Below, piece by piece: positions 25,860 through 41,964 of a DNA stretch of 64,000 bases (the stretch's first letter is position 1; the number at the start of each line of letters is the position of its first letter). The stretch is from positions 181,164,001-181,228,000 of the forward strand of contig OZ024740.1 of NCBI GenBank assembly GCA_964016885.1. The letters are read 5' to 3'. The notes beneath the pieces are model-generated. The model had not been told where the DNA came from. It saw only the letters and a program-made list of their open reading frames with translations, and searched no databases. The DNA comes from Eledone cirrhosa (Eukaryota). The position numbers and the translations under genes are program-made.

Positions 25860-27870
25860 CTAAAATCACCGGGGGTGATGAAATCACCGGAGGTAATGAA
25901 ATCACCGGTGGTTATGTAACCATACATTCACCAATCCTCGATAAGAGTGTTTAAATGTCGAACCTAAACAGTTCGAATAACGGTGAAGTGGAGACTGGAA
26001 TGTCATGTGACAGACTCTCACCCAGCAGGTGCTCCCTGGCTCAGCAGCAGGGAGCTGGCTGTCAACCAAATACTGCTGGTGTCGGAGGAAGAAGAAGGAA
26101 AGGGACCAGAACCAACTGGACGAAAGAATTAAATAGAACTGTTATGCAATGTTACCTGAAGAGTAACCCCCATGAGAAAGGCTATAGGAAACGGAGGCAT
26201 AACATCTGGAACGAGATTGGTCTATTTAAATTAGATGAACAAAAATTGGCCGGGCAGGCTCGGGTAATAAGAACTAATGGGTGGATAAGCGAGCTGGAAC
26301 TGGAGGAACTGAGCAGAGAGATTAGGTTGGAAATGGAGAGTGGAGTATGCCAGGCAAACGACCCAGTGGGAAATGAAGGTGAAGAGGTTGAGAGAACGGA
26401 GGAACCATCCGAAGCAGAGAATGATCTGAATGCTGAAATAAATAATACCTGGAACAGAGATACGGCCATTGAGGAGATGAATGCTGACGGGCTAGGACAA
26501 GATTTGTTTGATATCCTTAACTTAGTGGTAGATGAATTGAACAATGATAGAGGGAAAACTATGAATCTAAGTTTTGTAGACAGGAAAAAGTTAAAAGAAA
26601 TGACAGCTAAGGTAAACAAAGTCATCCCATACCTTGAGGCGAGGAGCCTTCACCAGTGCAACAATATCCTTGTAGTGACCTACATTCCGCGTGCTCACAT
26701 ACATTCTCTGTGCGTAATTTGACTCAGCTCAGCCAATCAGCGCCAGTAGAAGAGGATGTATCACTACGCGTCCTGAGGGAGAAATAGCCCGCAAAGATTT
26801 GAGGACGCTATCACTTCCAGCTAGATGCTGTTTGGACAGCTTGAAGGGAAAGAAAGAGGCAACGACTTGATCCCTGAGGCGGAGCAAACTAAGACATTCT
26901 GGAGAGGAATATGGGAGCAGGATGTTAAACGTAATGACCAGGCAGTGTGGATTGAGACAGTACAAAAGGAGATTAGTGAACAGGCACACCAACAGACTGA
27001 TTTGAGTATCACAGTTGAAACTCTTAAGGGGCAGGCCAAAAAACTAACCAACTGGAAATCACCAGGCCCACATGGTGTGCAGGGGTATTGGATTAAAAAT
27101 ATAACATCCCTCCACCCGAAACTGACAACGATGTTCGATGACTGCTTGATGTCAGGTGAGGTACCAGAGTGGTTGACAAAAGGTACCACAGTTCTGGTAA
27201 TGAAAGACCGAATCAAGTGTAATGATGTTACCAACTATAGACCTATCATATGTCTGTCCGTAATGTGGAAACTGTTGACAAGCATTATGTCTGAGGAAAT
27301 CAACCATCACCTCCACACAAACAACTTGTTACCGGACGAACAGAGAGGTTGCCGAAAGAAGTCCCGTGGTACAAAGAGCAGTTACTTATTGATAAGATGG
27401 TAATGCGGAATTGCAAGAGGATACACACTGGTCTTGCCATGGGATGGATAGACTACAAAAAGGCATTTGACATGGTGCCTCATTCTTGGATCATCAAAAG
27501 CCTAGAGATCTTCAAGGTGGAAGATAACATCAGACCGTTGTTGGGCAAAAGTATGAAGTCCTGGAAAACAGAGTTAACATCAGCTGGAGAATCCTTGGGT
27601 GGCGTGACGATCAAGAGGGGGGTAAAAAGGATTTGGAACTGCCATGAGGTCAAAGTGGTCCCTATTGTCATAGGCGCACAAAAAGTTTCCAGGGATGGTT
27701 AAAAAAAATTGGCCCCGCCACGCTTTTTGGAACGCTTCAAAAGGCATGCTTGCTGGGAACAGCAAGAATCCTCCGATACGTCCTGAATACCTGAGGCCGC
27801 AGGTAGTGGCTTGATATTCATTTCAACAAACTTTCCAGTTAACTAACATCAATGACTGAGACTCAAAGAA
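25860..27870 (+). mobile_element. Internally deleted R4/Dong-like (RLE-type) non-LTR retrotransposon
   Basis: WTKELNRTVMQCY...GYRKR; NWKSPGPHGVQGYWIK; NYRPIICLSVMWKLLT; EQRGCRKKSRGT/KEQLLIDK; WIDYKKAFDMVPHSWI; then directly the C-terminal VKVVPIVIGA...LLGTARILRYVL; ends in (AAC/AAT)n. Clade assignment is from motif recall. Confidence 0.75.
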
Positions 27871-27877
27871 CAACAAC

Positions 27878-27930
<53 letters not shown>

Positions 27931-28189
27931 TTTTTTTATTAACCACAAGGGTTTACATAAAGTAGACATTAAGGACAGTGCAGGACAATGCAGGAGGGTA
28001 CAAATGGGCATTTCTGCGTGTAAAAAACAAAAACAGAGGATGTAACAAAAATAACAATGAAAATAACAATGAAAAATTCCCCAATAGGGGGGAGACTTCG
28101 GAGGGACATTTGTGGAGAAAGCCCAGTAAAAAGCCACAATGACCCTGACCACCAAGGCAAGTGCCCTCTCCCAGTTTTCCACCTTTAAT

Positions 28190-31100
28190 TTACAGATATA
28201 TACTCAGAGTAGGCCCATTCACTCGAGCCATTCTTGCTTCTCTCACCCATCTTTCAACAAAATGCTGGGAAGAGAGCACTTCCCTCTCTACTCTGATTTT
28301 CCTTTTCAAATGAAATTTGAAAAAGTCAATCAGAGCATCACCGAACAGGTATGTGCTCGTCTTCAGCCCTTTCAAACGTGTCCACCATACTATCTCTTTC
28401 GCCATGGCCACCAGACAGATAAAAACTGCCTGCCCTTCCCGGCTAAAGGAGGAGGGCGGGGCAATCCTCACGATAGACTCAGATGATAGCCGGATCCGTC
28501 CTAAACGCGACAGCAGGTGTTCGACATAAACCCACAAGTCAGCAATTTTCGGACACTGGACGAGTGCGTGCAGGACGGTTTCGTCGCCCTGCGCGCATCT
28601 CGGACATGCCCGGCTGACGGCACCTCCATGCCTGTAGAGTTTATCCCGAACTGGCAAGGCTCCTCGGTAGCACTGCCAGGCCAGAGATTTCTGGAAATTG
28701 TCCATAGGCCCTGGCCCGAAAATTCTTCCGAAGAGTTTGGATAGTTGATTTTCGTCAACGCCCAGAGTTTCCCCAAGTACGTCGTCGCTCTTCCCGTCCA
28801 TTAATCATCTATAGAACGCCGAGGTGGAGTTTCCACCGATCACATTGCCCGATTGGTCGAGGGCTGTGAGCGCCTGAAGACATTCCAGTCTCCAGGCGCT
28901 CCCTCTCGGTCTTCGCTTGACCCAGGACTGCAGCTCCGTCAAGGAAACGAGCTGGGTAAATACGTGTCTAGCAAACGGCGACCACACCTGATCACCGTCA
29001 AGGAAGAGGTGGAGATGTCGTAGCCTGAGCACGTGCCTGCGCATCATCAGCCACGGCATGCCCAGCCCTCCACGTAGGGGGTGTTGACAACAGATGGACC
29101 GCCTGACCATCGGAGCGCGTCCCTTCCACAAAAAGCGAAAGAGCAAACGCTCCAGCGCAGTCAGGCGAGGCTTAGGACAAGGTACAACGGTCAGGCGGTA
29201 GCAGATGACAGACGCGATGTACGCGTTAGCCACCTCCGCTCGACCTTTCAGGGATAGCTTCCTCTCCGCCCATTTCTGGGTGAGAGAAGCCAACCTGCTC
29301 GTCACCTCGTCCCAGGTTTTGTCCGTCTGGAGGTCCGGACCGAACCAGACCCTAGCAATTTAACCGGTCCGTCCATCCAGCGTCCGACGACGCTGTTGGA
29401 TGGCATGGACCTGCCTCTCCAGGTGCCGAGCTGCAGGCCCACTGACTTTTCCTGGTTGATCATTGCTCCTGTCACCGCTTCGTATTCTCTTAGTGTAGTG
29501 CCGATCGCCTCGATGTGTTTGGCGTTCGACACCACTACGGTGATATCGCCCGCATATGCTGACACGGATCTTCCGCATCCTAGTTCGCGCGGGACGCCCC
29601 TCAACGACTCCAGTTTGTGCAGTAATGGCTCGAGAGTCAATACGTACAAGAGGGACGAGAGGGGACATCCTTGGCGGACTGAGCGCATGATGTTGAACTG
29701 TTCCGACAGGTGACCGTTCACTCTCACCATAGAGCAGATGTCGCTGTGTATGGCAGCGATCCAGCCTCTGAAGACGGGCCCAAAGCCAGCCGCCCTCAGG
29801 ACTGCCGCTAGGTAACGATGGTCGACCCTATCGAAAGCTTTCGACTGATCTAAATTGATCAAGGACCCACCCGTGCCAGGTTCCCTAGCTACCCTCTCTA
29901 CGATGTATCGCATGAGGTGGAGGTTGTCGTGGATGGATCTATCGGGAATGGCGCATGTCTGCGCCTCTCCCACCAGACCACCAACGACAAGCGCCAACCT
30001 CTTTGCTAGCACCTTGGCCAAAATCTTGAACTCTGTGTTTAGCAGAGTTATGGGCCGGAAATTATCTGTGTTATCCCCCTTGTTCAGATCCTTTCTCAGC
30101 AGTGCCACCGCTCCTCGGCTCACAGGACTGGGAATTCTCCCGTTCTGTTGCCAGTTGCAGTAGACGTCCGCCAAGAGGCCTCCGAACAAGTATGGCATCT
30201 GTACGTAAAGTTCATAGGGCAGACCATCCAAACCAGGCGATTTACCCCTTGTGCAGCCAGTCATTGCCTCCCTTACTTCTGCGGCTGTTATCGGCTTTTC
30301 GCAACACTTCGCCTCAGTGGCCGAGAGCCGCGGCAGTCCGTCGAGGTAGACACTAAAGTCCATCCCTCGACCCGGCCCACCACTGCCCCCGAACAGCTGA
30401 GCGAAGTGTCGCTGAAAAGCTTCACACATTTGCCCGGGATCGAGTAGCATGCGCCCGTCGTGGTCCACCAAAGACCGGATCGTGGCTTTGTTGCCACGAC
30501 GCGCCTCCGCCACTCGGGCCCATTGAAGGGCTTTCGTCCCCTCGTATCTGAGAGCACGCACCCTTGCTCTGACAATGCAGCCTTCGTGCTTTGCATTGAA
30601 GAATTGGTCAAGGGACAATTTCGCCGCAAGCACGTCGGTCGCAATGCCTTTGCTAAGCGCCTCGTCTAATTTTCTAACTAGTTCTCCCTCTGCTCTATTT
30701 TTCTCTATTGCTAAAGCCTTACTAAACCTAATGGATTCTATTCTAATCGCTCTTTTCAGAGCAAACCACCACTTGTTGTTGACGATGGCCCCCGTCAACG
30801 CCCGCTTAACTAGTTCGCTAATCCGGTCTCTGTAGGCCTTGCGCGCTGGTAAGGACGCGTTTAGCTTCCAGTAGCCGGATCGTCGTCTATGAAGCCTATC
30901 TAAGTCAAGCACACAGATCACGAATTTGTGGTCCGTGTAGCTGACTATCTTGAATTGTGGTCAGCCTATGCTTGACCCATCTATTTCCCTACAAAATACT
31001 CTATCTAGATATGATCTGGATGACTCTATGCGGTTTGTCCAAGTCCACATTGGCACATTTGGGAAATCCAATCGGTACCTGTCAGACAGTTCAAAACGCC

Positions 31101-31608
31101 TGAGCAGGTTGGTGAGGCTCTTGCACCCTCCACCCCTATCCGCTAATCCCACACAGTCCCAGCGTGCATCTAAGATCCCGTTCCAGTCGCCCACTAACAC
31201 TAAAGAGCGGGACGTTCCAAGAAAGGTCTCCAGACGCCGGAAGAAATCAGGTCGCCCTGCTCCTGTCGGCGCATAGACGGCCACTAGCCTGAAAGCTTGC
31301 CCGTCTCCGCTGGTCACGTCCAGCACCACCAGCTTACCCTCTGGGTCCAGGAAGATGGCCCGTATGGCGAGATCCAAACCTCTCCGAAAAAGCACAGCAA
31401 CTCCTCCACCGGATCCAGGACGGCTGGGAGATGCGTACACATCGTAGCCGCCCAAGATCGGTTCGAAGGCCCGTGCTTCGGAGATTCTGGTCTCGCTGAT
31501 GGCCACTACATCTATGTTTAGTGACCTGAGGTCGTTGAGCAGGTGACCCTGCTTCCATGACGACCCCAAGCCACGCGCATTTATGCTGCCTATTCTGAGT
31601 GAGGTCAT
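28190..31608 (-). pseudogene. LINE ORF2 (APE endonuclease, RT, C-terminal Cys motif), broken into four ORFs
   Basis: GSINARGL...ISET...VYAP...LVGDWN...YLDRVF; KSPGLDGLPYE, NFRPITLLNTEFKIL, DQSKAFDRV, RQGCPLS, YAGD (YADD mutated); CPRCAQGDETVLHALVQC. Confidence 0.9.
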
Positions 31609-31643
31609 GTTTAATATAGAGTGGAAAAGATGGGAAAGACCAC

Positions 31644-33731
31644 TTACCGTACTCTTGGTAGAGGAGGGATGGTTTTTACATCCCTTTTCACTTGATCGTC
31701 TGGTGAAGGGACCGTTGAATCGTCCCTTCGGCTGGTCGTCGGCTCTTCTAAGAGAATGTCTGAGTATACTCTTCGATTGATGGTTCCTCCTAGGTCCCTG
31801 AAATCACCAACTGCGTTGGGGAATTTCGTTTTAATGTTTGTGTATTGTTTCTGTGCTATTTTTAGCAGTCTTATGTTAGTTGGCGTTTTGATTGGTGCTG
31901 GTATTATGTAGTCCTGTTGTGAAATGTCTGTGTGTTCAATTATGTAAGTCATTAGTTTCTTGTGTGTATTTATTGCCGTGCATTTGTTTTTCTGGGGGTG
32001 GGGTGTGGTTCTGCTATTTTCTTGTCGTTGTAGCTGGGTGTGTGTGTTTTGTTGTTGTGTTTGCGATGTTGGTGCTTGTGGTGGTGGTGTTGAAGGTGTT
32101 GTTGGCGGTGGGGTTGTCGCCGGTGGTGATGGTGGTGCTAGTGTGGGTGGTGATGGTGTTGGTGTTGTTGCTGCTGTGGGTCTCTTTGCAGTAGACTTTA
32201 CCCTTTTCTCATTTCTTTCCTCCCTCTTCAAAGGCGACGATGCTCTGCTTCTGCGTTTGTGCCTTCTTACGACCTTTTGCCATCCCTCTCCCACCTCACA
32301 CTCCATGTCTGATTCTGTGAGGTCGGGGAGGGCTACCAGCTCCACTCTTTCACTTGTTGTTGTTGGTGATGTTTGCACTGGAGTCTCTGTTGCAGCTGCA
32401 TTTGGTATTGCTGTTGTTGTTAATATTTCCACTGCTGCTGCTGTTTTTGATTTCCGTGGAGTGGGTATGGGTGCCACGGGCCTATCGTTCCTGGTTGCCG
32501 CTTGTCCTGTTGCTGGTAGCCGTGGAGCCGGATTCGGAAGGAGGGGGGTTTTCTCCTTTCTCAGGGTCTTCTCGTTGCAGAAGGCCCTGAGGTGAGTCTT
32601 CGATCCACAGCGAAAGCATTTCGGGCGTTTGCCCTCAACACTTATGGGCAGTTGAGTGCCGTTATCGAAGTCTTTCACATCCGGGATAGCTTCGATGCAC
32701 TCCTGGTTTGTTTGGATTAGCATCTCAATGGAGGAGCCGACCCAATCTTCTCTTACTTTTTTCTGTACTTGCAGTACAGTTGTTTTGTCCTCGATTCCGA
32801 CGAGGACAGACGCGGCCAGCCAAGAAGGGGTCATTCCGGGGGGGACGTGGATCAGTTTGACCCTCACAATTTTTTGCCCGCAGTAGGAGGGCACCAACAC
32901 CATTTCCTCGCTCCTTAGGGTCACTACTGATTGGGCCTTTGCCTCCTGGGGTGTGGCAAAAAGTACGTCTACGGTGGAATATTTTTTGCCTCGGGTGATG
33001 TGCGTTTTCCGCTGCCACACAGACCCCAAGGCTTTTTGTATTTGGGCCTCTGTGTCTCTTTCCACCCTACGGGATTTTGTACTTACTGTACGGTACGTGA
33101 CCGTACAGTGCTCTTGGGTTTCGAAAAATTTTTCCGCTGCCTTGCAGATTGCTCGGTGTCCGTTCTTTGTCACCATCTTCTTCGCTTCCTCTAATTCCTC
33201 ATTTGTTATGAGGATTGTTTCCAAGTTTTTCGCAATACCTGCAAATGAGATTGGTTTTTCTCTGCTGTTGTTGTCGTCAGAGCTGCTGGTACTTTTGTTG
33301 TTGCTGCAGGTACTACGACTACTGCCTCCGCCGCTGTTGCTGTGGTTGTTGTTGGTGTTGCTGCTGCTAATGCTGTTGTTGTTTATGCTGCTGGTGATGC
33401 TGTTGCGGCTGCTACTGTTGTTTTCATTGTCACCGTTGCTGTTGTTATTACGGCTGCTACTGCTATTATTCCTGACGTCAGATGAATGAACTGGGTTTTC
33501 GTATTTCCTGCACACCTGTTTCGTCGCTGTCGTCGTCGTCGTGGAGAAACCTTGCACGCTTTGCACGAGACTTTTCTTTTCTTTCGTCACTTGCGAAAGA
33601 GAAGGGAGGGAGAGAGACACATTTAAAGAAGGGAGGGAGAGAGACAATCTTCTCTCTGCTGTAGTGATGATTGAGGAAGAAGAAGACGGAATGAGTGGGA
33701 GTGACGTATGAAATTTCTTTTTCGTAGCCAT
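31644..33731 (-). CDS. LINE ORF1 (gag-like, CCHC zinc knuckle), 695 aa
   Basis: Open frame directly upstream of ORF2, containing CFRCGSKTHLRAFC and low-complexity S/N and P/T tracts. Confidence 0.85.
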   Translation of the reverse strand: MATKKKFHTSLPLIPSSSSSIITTAERRLSLSLPSLNVSLSLPSLSQVTKEKKSLVQSVQGFSTTTTTATKQVCRKYENPVHSSDVRNNSSSSRNNNSNGDNENNSSSRNSITSSINNNSISSSNTNNNHSNSGGGSSRSTCSNNKSTSSSDDNNSREKPISFAGIAKNLETILITNEELEEAKKMVTKNGHRAICKAAEKFFETQEHCTVTYRTVSTKSRRVERDTEAQIQKALGSVWQRKTHITRGKKYSTVDVLFATPQEAKAQSVVTLRSEEMVLVPSYCGQKIVRVKLIHVPPGMTPSWLAASVLVGIEDKTTVLQVQKKVREDWVGSSIEMLIQTNQECIEAIPDVKDFDNGTQLPISVEGKRPKCFRCGSKTHLRAFCNEKTLRKEKTPLLPNPAPRLPATGQAATRNDRPVAPIPTPRKSKTAAAVEILTTTAIPNAAATETPVQTSPTTTSERVELVALPDLTESDMECEVGEGWQKVVRRHKRRSRASSPLKREERNEKRVKSTAKRPTAATTPTPSPPTLAPPSPPATTPPPTTPSTPPPQAPTSQTQQQNTHTQLQRQENSRTTPHPQKNKCTAINTHKKLMTYIIEHTDISQQDYIIPAPIKTPTNIRLLKIAQKQYTNIKTKFPNAVGDFRDLGGTINRRVYSDILLEEPTTSRRDDSTVPSPDDQVKRDVKTIPPLPRVR

Positions 33732-33944
33732 GTTGTTTTTTCTTTAAATGAATATTGGGTACAAAACCCCAATAACTGGTCATTTAACCCCGAAGGGCCA
33801 AATAACGGGCAGAAAGACCCCTCTCACGAGGAGGAGGGTGTTTTTGTCTACAAGTTCGTTAAAGTTTTAAACAATTTACAATTGTTATAGTGTTCAAAAT
33901 TTACAATACCTTACAGAGCCGAGCCTCCGTCAACCATAGCATTC

Positions 33945-33997
<53 letters not shown>

Positions 33998-34436
33998 GAA
34001 GAAGAAGAAGAAGAAGAAGGGAATGGAATGACCATGATTTTTGTCACTAATTAAATATTCAATTGATTATATTATTTACATGGATATAGGATATATATTT
34101 ACAGACACTTGCGAAACCGTTTTATGAGGTCCGAATTTCGGAATAGTTATATATACTGTTAAAGGGAAGTCGTTGATCTCAAGCCTTTAAATTCGGATCG
34201 GGTTCATGGATAGACTTTATATCATTTTTCCTATCATGTATTGATTGATAAGACATAGTTATCCTGATTTAACATTAACAATCGCCATTGCCCGCTTTAA
34301 TTATTCTGTTTAATTTAATTGCATTTCTTATCTATCTTCTCATCAATTACAAACTAAGTTATCTATCATTTTCGGTTATCTTTATGTTCATCTATATAAG
34401 TATTGTTGTAATATTATTGTTCTATTATCATTGCAG

Positions 34437-34731
34437 AAATCCAGTAAAATGCCATATAGAGAACTGCAGTACAGATGCCCTATCAGAAACACCGTATATG
34501 TGTGCAGCTAATACTACTGATATAAATTTCTGGTACCCAAAAATACCAGCGACCAGTTTTGTAGACTATTGGTACAACCATAGCCCCACGTTTGATGGAT
34601 TTCACTATCGTGGGAGCACAACACTACTCGAAGTTATATGGAGCGTAAAGCAGGATAGTACGCAGCACTCATTTCCGTCGTCGACGCTTCGAACTGCAAT
34701 ATTTTTATCACGTGAAGTCAAAAATATCTAG
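34437..34731 (+). other. Possible host exon of unknown product
   Basis: Pyrimidine-rich TTCTATTATCATTGCAG acceptor followed by an open non-repetitive frame (NPVKCHIENCSTDALSETPYMCAANTTDINFWYPKIPATSFVDYWYNHSPTFDGFHYRG...). No homology recognised. Confidence 0.3.
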
Positions 34732-36259
34732 AATATTCTTAAAACCTTTTTGATTAGACCCACACTCATAACCTCATCAACGAGAAACGACCTACATATT
34801 ATATTCCTTCGAAACCCCCCATGTAAGTTAATGTGTAAGTGTACTATTTAATCTATCCAACGGAGTGTTGCGCTCCCGGAATTCCCCCCAGACATTGTGA
34901 AAGTACTTTGCTTCTAGAGCTTTTTGTAATCTATTGGCTTTCAGGTTTGGCTGGAACTCGTCGAATTGGACCAAGGAAATAATGTTTCCATTGGTCTTTC
35001 CAATCTACCTGTCATTGTCGAAAGACCAACCTGAAATAAAGTATCTTATTCAAGGACATAATGCATCGTATATTTCGGCATACTCACGATTGTGAATCCA
35101 ATTCTCTATTAGCTATAGTTGATACATATTATCTTTTCACTTAGATTATACAGTGAATAACGATTCCCTTAGAATATAATGTTCTATCTGCGTCTACCAA
35201 TGTTGTGAATACTTTCTTTCTTTTCTTTATTCATCTAACCTCTGTGTGCGGGACCGTATGCGGGACGAAAATATATGTGCAACCATTCGTGAGGGCTGTG
35301 TGTCGATCGTCACGAGTACTTTCATATATGTGAACATGCAGCTGCTCTCTGGCCATGTACACTTATGCGCGTGTACAATAAAATGTGTTTTATTCTAGTA
35401 ATAGGCGTAGGAATTCGGTGATAACATCTGCTTTGAAACGTCTATTTATTATGTCATGGCTTCTAACACTAATGGGTGTGATATATGACAGTTAAGTCGA
35501 GTTATATCTAAGCTTGTTGAAATGTTGCTCTCTGGGACACTAGATTGAATATATTTGAGGAACTCCATATCATGATTCGGGTTATTTGGTCATAGATGTT
35601 TAAAAAGCAAATCTGCAAAGTAACTCAAACGATGTCAGAGATTGCTGCAATAATTCGTCCCAGTTTGAGATCAGCTGGTCTCAATGCTTTTATATATTGA
35701 ATAATGTGTTTAGTAATAGCTTCTTGTATTTTCGTGCTTTTATGAAAGTTTCTTACTACATAGAGGTAGATTTGCCTAAAAGTATCAGCAAAAGCATCTT
35801 AGTCATGTTCGATAGATAAATTTATAGCAAAATAACAGCTGGAGTTTCTTTTGTTCTGCTGTGCATGTGTGTGTGTTTTTATGTGAATGTATGTGTGTCT
35901 GTGTGAATGAATGTCTGAGTGTGTATTTTTGTAAGTGGGTTTGTGTGTGCACGTATATAGTTTTACACACATACATATAAATGTATGCATATGCACTTAC
36001 ATATACGCCCACACATATACACATAAGCGTCAGCGTGTTGAAAAAATCCTAGTTTTTTTTAATGTTTTTTTCCAGATGTCAAACTCATATACTCCTTTGT
36101 AATATTCAGCGTCGTAAATGCAATGGACCAACCGTAATATGAATTGAAAATAAAATAGAACAATATATACGTAATGGAATGCAAGAAAATAGATATAATT
36201 TCATAGATTAAACATGTTTGTGCCGTATGCGTTAATCACATAGGCATACACACACACAA

Positions 36260-36333
<74 letters not shown>

Positions 36334-38384
36334 ACAGACAGACACAGACGCACACACAAACACACATAAGGAAATAAACAAACACGCAAATACACATAAT
36401 TACATACACATGCTACTTAGAAGACCTCATTCACACACACTCGTACATGTGTGTGTGTATGTGTGTGTGTGTTTAGGTGTGTGTGTGTGTGGGTATGTAT
36501 GCACGTATGTATCATTTATGTATGCAACTATCAACTTATATGCAGCAACATAGTTACATAGTTATTTCAATCTGTCACATCTAAAATGATGAAACGGATT
36601 AACCGTTCTACAACAGCCGGTCATGGGCACATTAGCAAAAGGTTTGCTATTGGTTGAACTTAGTGCAACAGCAAAGTTTATTATTTCTGAAGATAATCTG
36701 CGTTTCCAAGTCACTTGCTTTATTTAAATGTGTCGAATTCTTTACTGGCCTTTAAGCCAATGCAGCAACGGTATCTATCCTACACATCTGTATTATAAAA
36801 GAGAAAATAGAAGGTTAAATAGCGAGATACACATCGTTATGTATAATAAAATAATGAAAATGAAAGAAACATAGACAAAATGACAGAAATAGACCTGAAA
36901 GGAAAAAGGAATTTTAAATTCTTCTTCTCTGCATCCTCACGTATATTAAATATTCTTAATTATGCGATGTATATCGTTTTTGCTGATGTCGATGTTGCTT
37001 TTGTTATTTTTGTTGCTGTTGGTGTTGGTGTTGTTAATGTCGGTAGAGGTGATGGCCGAGCAGGCGGTGTCCGGTATGTTTTTTGTTGACGGTTGTGTTT
37101 GTTAATACTGAAGCGAATAAAACATTAACATTTAAATCGAATTGCACTAGAGCTGTTTTTTTTCGTGTCAGATTTTGGTAACGAAAGTTCTTTCTATAGC
37201 CATTACTGGTGATAAACTAATAGTTTCCTAACTGAAGAATCAGGGATAGAGATCAAGAAATCTCACTCTCATTGGTTATGTTAATTCACGTAGGTATATG
37301 ATCGATAATTAGTTACTAATTATGTGGTGATTTACTGTTGTTTTCACCGCTGCAAATAGAGTCAACATTGTCAACTTAATGATAGTTTGATCAACATCTA
37401 ATGCTAAATCAGAGTTCAATTCTAATAACAGTGGATGGACACGAATTGGAATATATATATATGAAGAATGTGCGGAAGAGTGTGATATCAAGGCTAAATG
37501 ATATTAGCTGTATGGCTCAACTTCTTTCAGCAGACATAATTAGTTTCATCAGGGGCTAACCACCATAAAAATAATCGGACTAAGTTGTTGTTCTGTCATG
37601 AAATTCGGAAAGTAGTTTTATTTACACTTAGAAAGTCGTTCGCCTTCAGATGCCTGCGGCAGCCAAAATACTCCAGTAGGCAAGGTCAGTTGCCTCTATC
37701 AATGCATCGTTCCAACTTTTGTTGGCCGATTTCTGGTCTTTGTCGATTGTTATCGGCCAGTTCACCTGGAGACATTCTCTACGCGCCTCTTCCCATGGGG
37801 GTTGGGGGTTTCCGATACAGGACGTGATTGGTGTGTCGTTTCTTTTTCAAAGTACAACAAACCAAAAGTAGAATGTTTGCGAATGTTTACAATGTGACAT
37901 CTTTGATAAGTATCACATTTATTCTGACCAGGATTCGTAACATCTTTCAAATTAACAAGCGCATTTTGCCGAATTTTATGCAATCATATTCAGCATATTT
38001 CGCACAAATTTACAAATAGATGAAATCATTTTTATACTTTAAATGTATATCTAACGAAATTTGTAAGCATGTAGTGTTGAAAGTAGAGCTTATATATGTG
38101 AATAAAAGTGGCCTATGGGTTATGAAATTGTACTCATAAATTCTGGGTTTGCTTTAAGGAGAGAATTCACCATTATGTTCTGGAGCAAGACATTTTACTT
38201 TACGTTGAATTTCATGATAGAACAGGTACCCTATCAATATAACACCTGCGAAATCCCCTAAAAGTGTATGTATATATAGATATTTTCCTGCTATACCAAG
38301 CGTTAACCTAATATATCCCTTCCATATACTGTACCGACTGTGTTGTTATTTCTGATTACCTTTTACACACACACACACACCCAA

Positions 38385-40320
<1,936 letters not shown>

Positions 40321-40406
40321 TATATATATATAATATAAGATCAAAAGATGGTTAAAGAGTTCCAAGTATTTTATTATGCGCATTTCAAAAACAAATATCA
40401 TCATCA

Positions 40407-40970
<564 letters not shown>

Positions 40971-40991
40971 ATATATATATATATATATATT

Positions 40992-41058
<67 letters not shown>

Positions 41059-41964
41059 TTATTTATTAAAATAACAGACTATAGTTTATGCAAAGAATCG
41101 CTGCTTTCACCCTTAACGGGATCTGGTGAAGCTAAACAAAATCAACATATGAACGCAGAAGTAAATATTTCGCAAAATGTTGCAACCGAAGGAAAACAGG
41201 AAGACGATACTTTGGTTAGTGGACACGTTCCCTGGCAAAGAACGGAAAAAAAGCTAAGATAATACGTGATACTTTGGGGCGATAACACGCAAAGACATTT
41301 ATGGTATAAATGAATTCCTAGACTAATATTCTAATTAGGTGGTTCGTGGAGACGTCCCATGGTAATGAACGGGAAAAAAACAAAGATAATACGTTATTAT
41401 GTGGGTCGGAGAGAACTACTATATGCAAACACAAACCACATCTATGGTATAAACAAAGTCGCAGACTAAAACTCCATTTAGGAAACCTAATGATTCTCGA
41501 TTCCAGAGTTAAGAATATTGTAAATCAAATACAGAGGTTAATGAAATCAACGATAATTAAATATATACATGCACGTACATATACGTACAACACATGCATA
41601 CGCGAAAACACCCGCCATGCGTATGCATATAGAAGGACGTACACAAAAACACGCGCACACATGCAAAAAACCGCGCAACCCCTGTACCCGCATGCAACGA
41701 ATATATACACCAAATACACGTAAAAAATATATTTAAAAAATATGTATATATATATATATATATATATGTAGATAAATCTACCAAGAGTTTACGGTAGTGT
41801 CCAATCCGTATGAAGAACTCAATGTAATCCGGATATCATGGAAAGAAGAGATGCAATGAAAAATCACTTTCGGTGAAAGATAAACGGAATACAGAGTCAA
41901 GAAAAAATATAAAAAAAATAATGAATAAAACAATGAAACATTTCCTTATATTAAACAAAAAAAG

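Larger units (their letters stand above)
27929..33944 (-). mobile_element. Full-length L1/Tx1-type LINE inserted in (AAT)n
   Basis: Two-ORF layout (ORF1, then APE-RT-Cys ORF2), with (AAT)n immediately on both sides (~27877-27928 and ~33945-33996). Confidence 0.9.

Noticed and set aside
41090-41530. HHR-like 3' half (CCC-GTTAA-GGG-T-GAAAG, minus strand) and loose ~125-nt repeats
   Set aside because: No CUGANGA-like core, and the repeats are too diverged to define.
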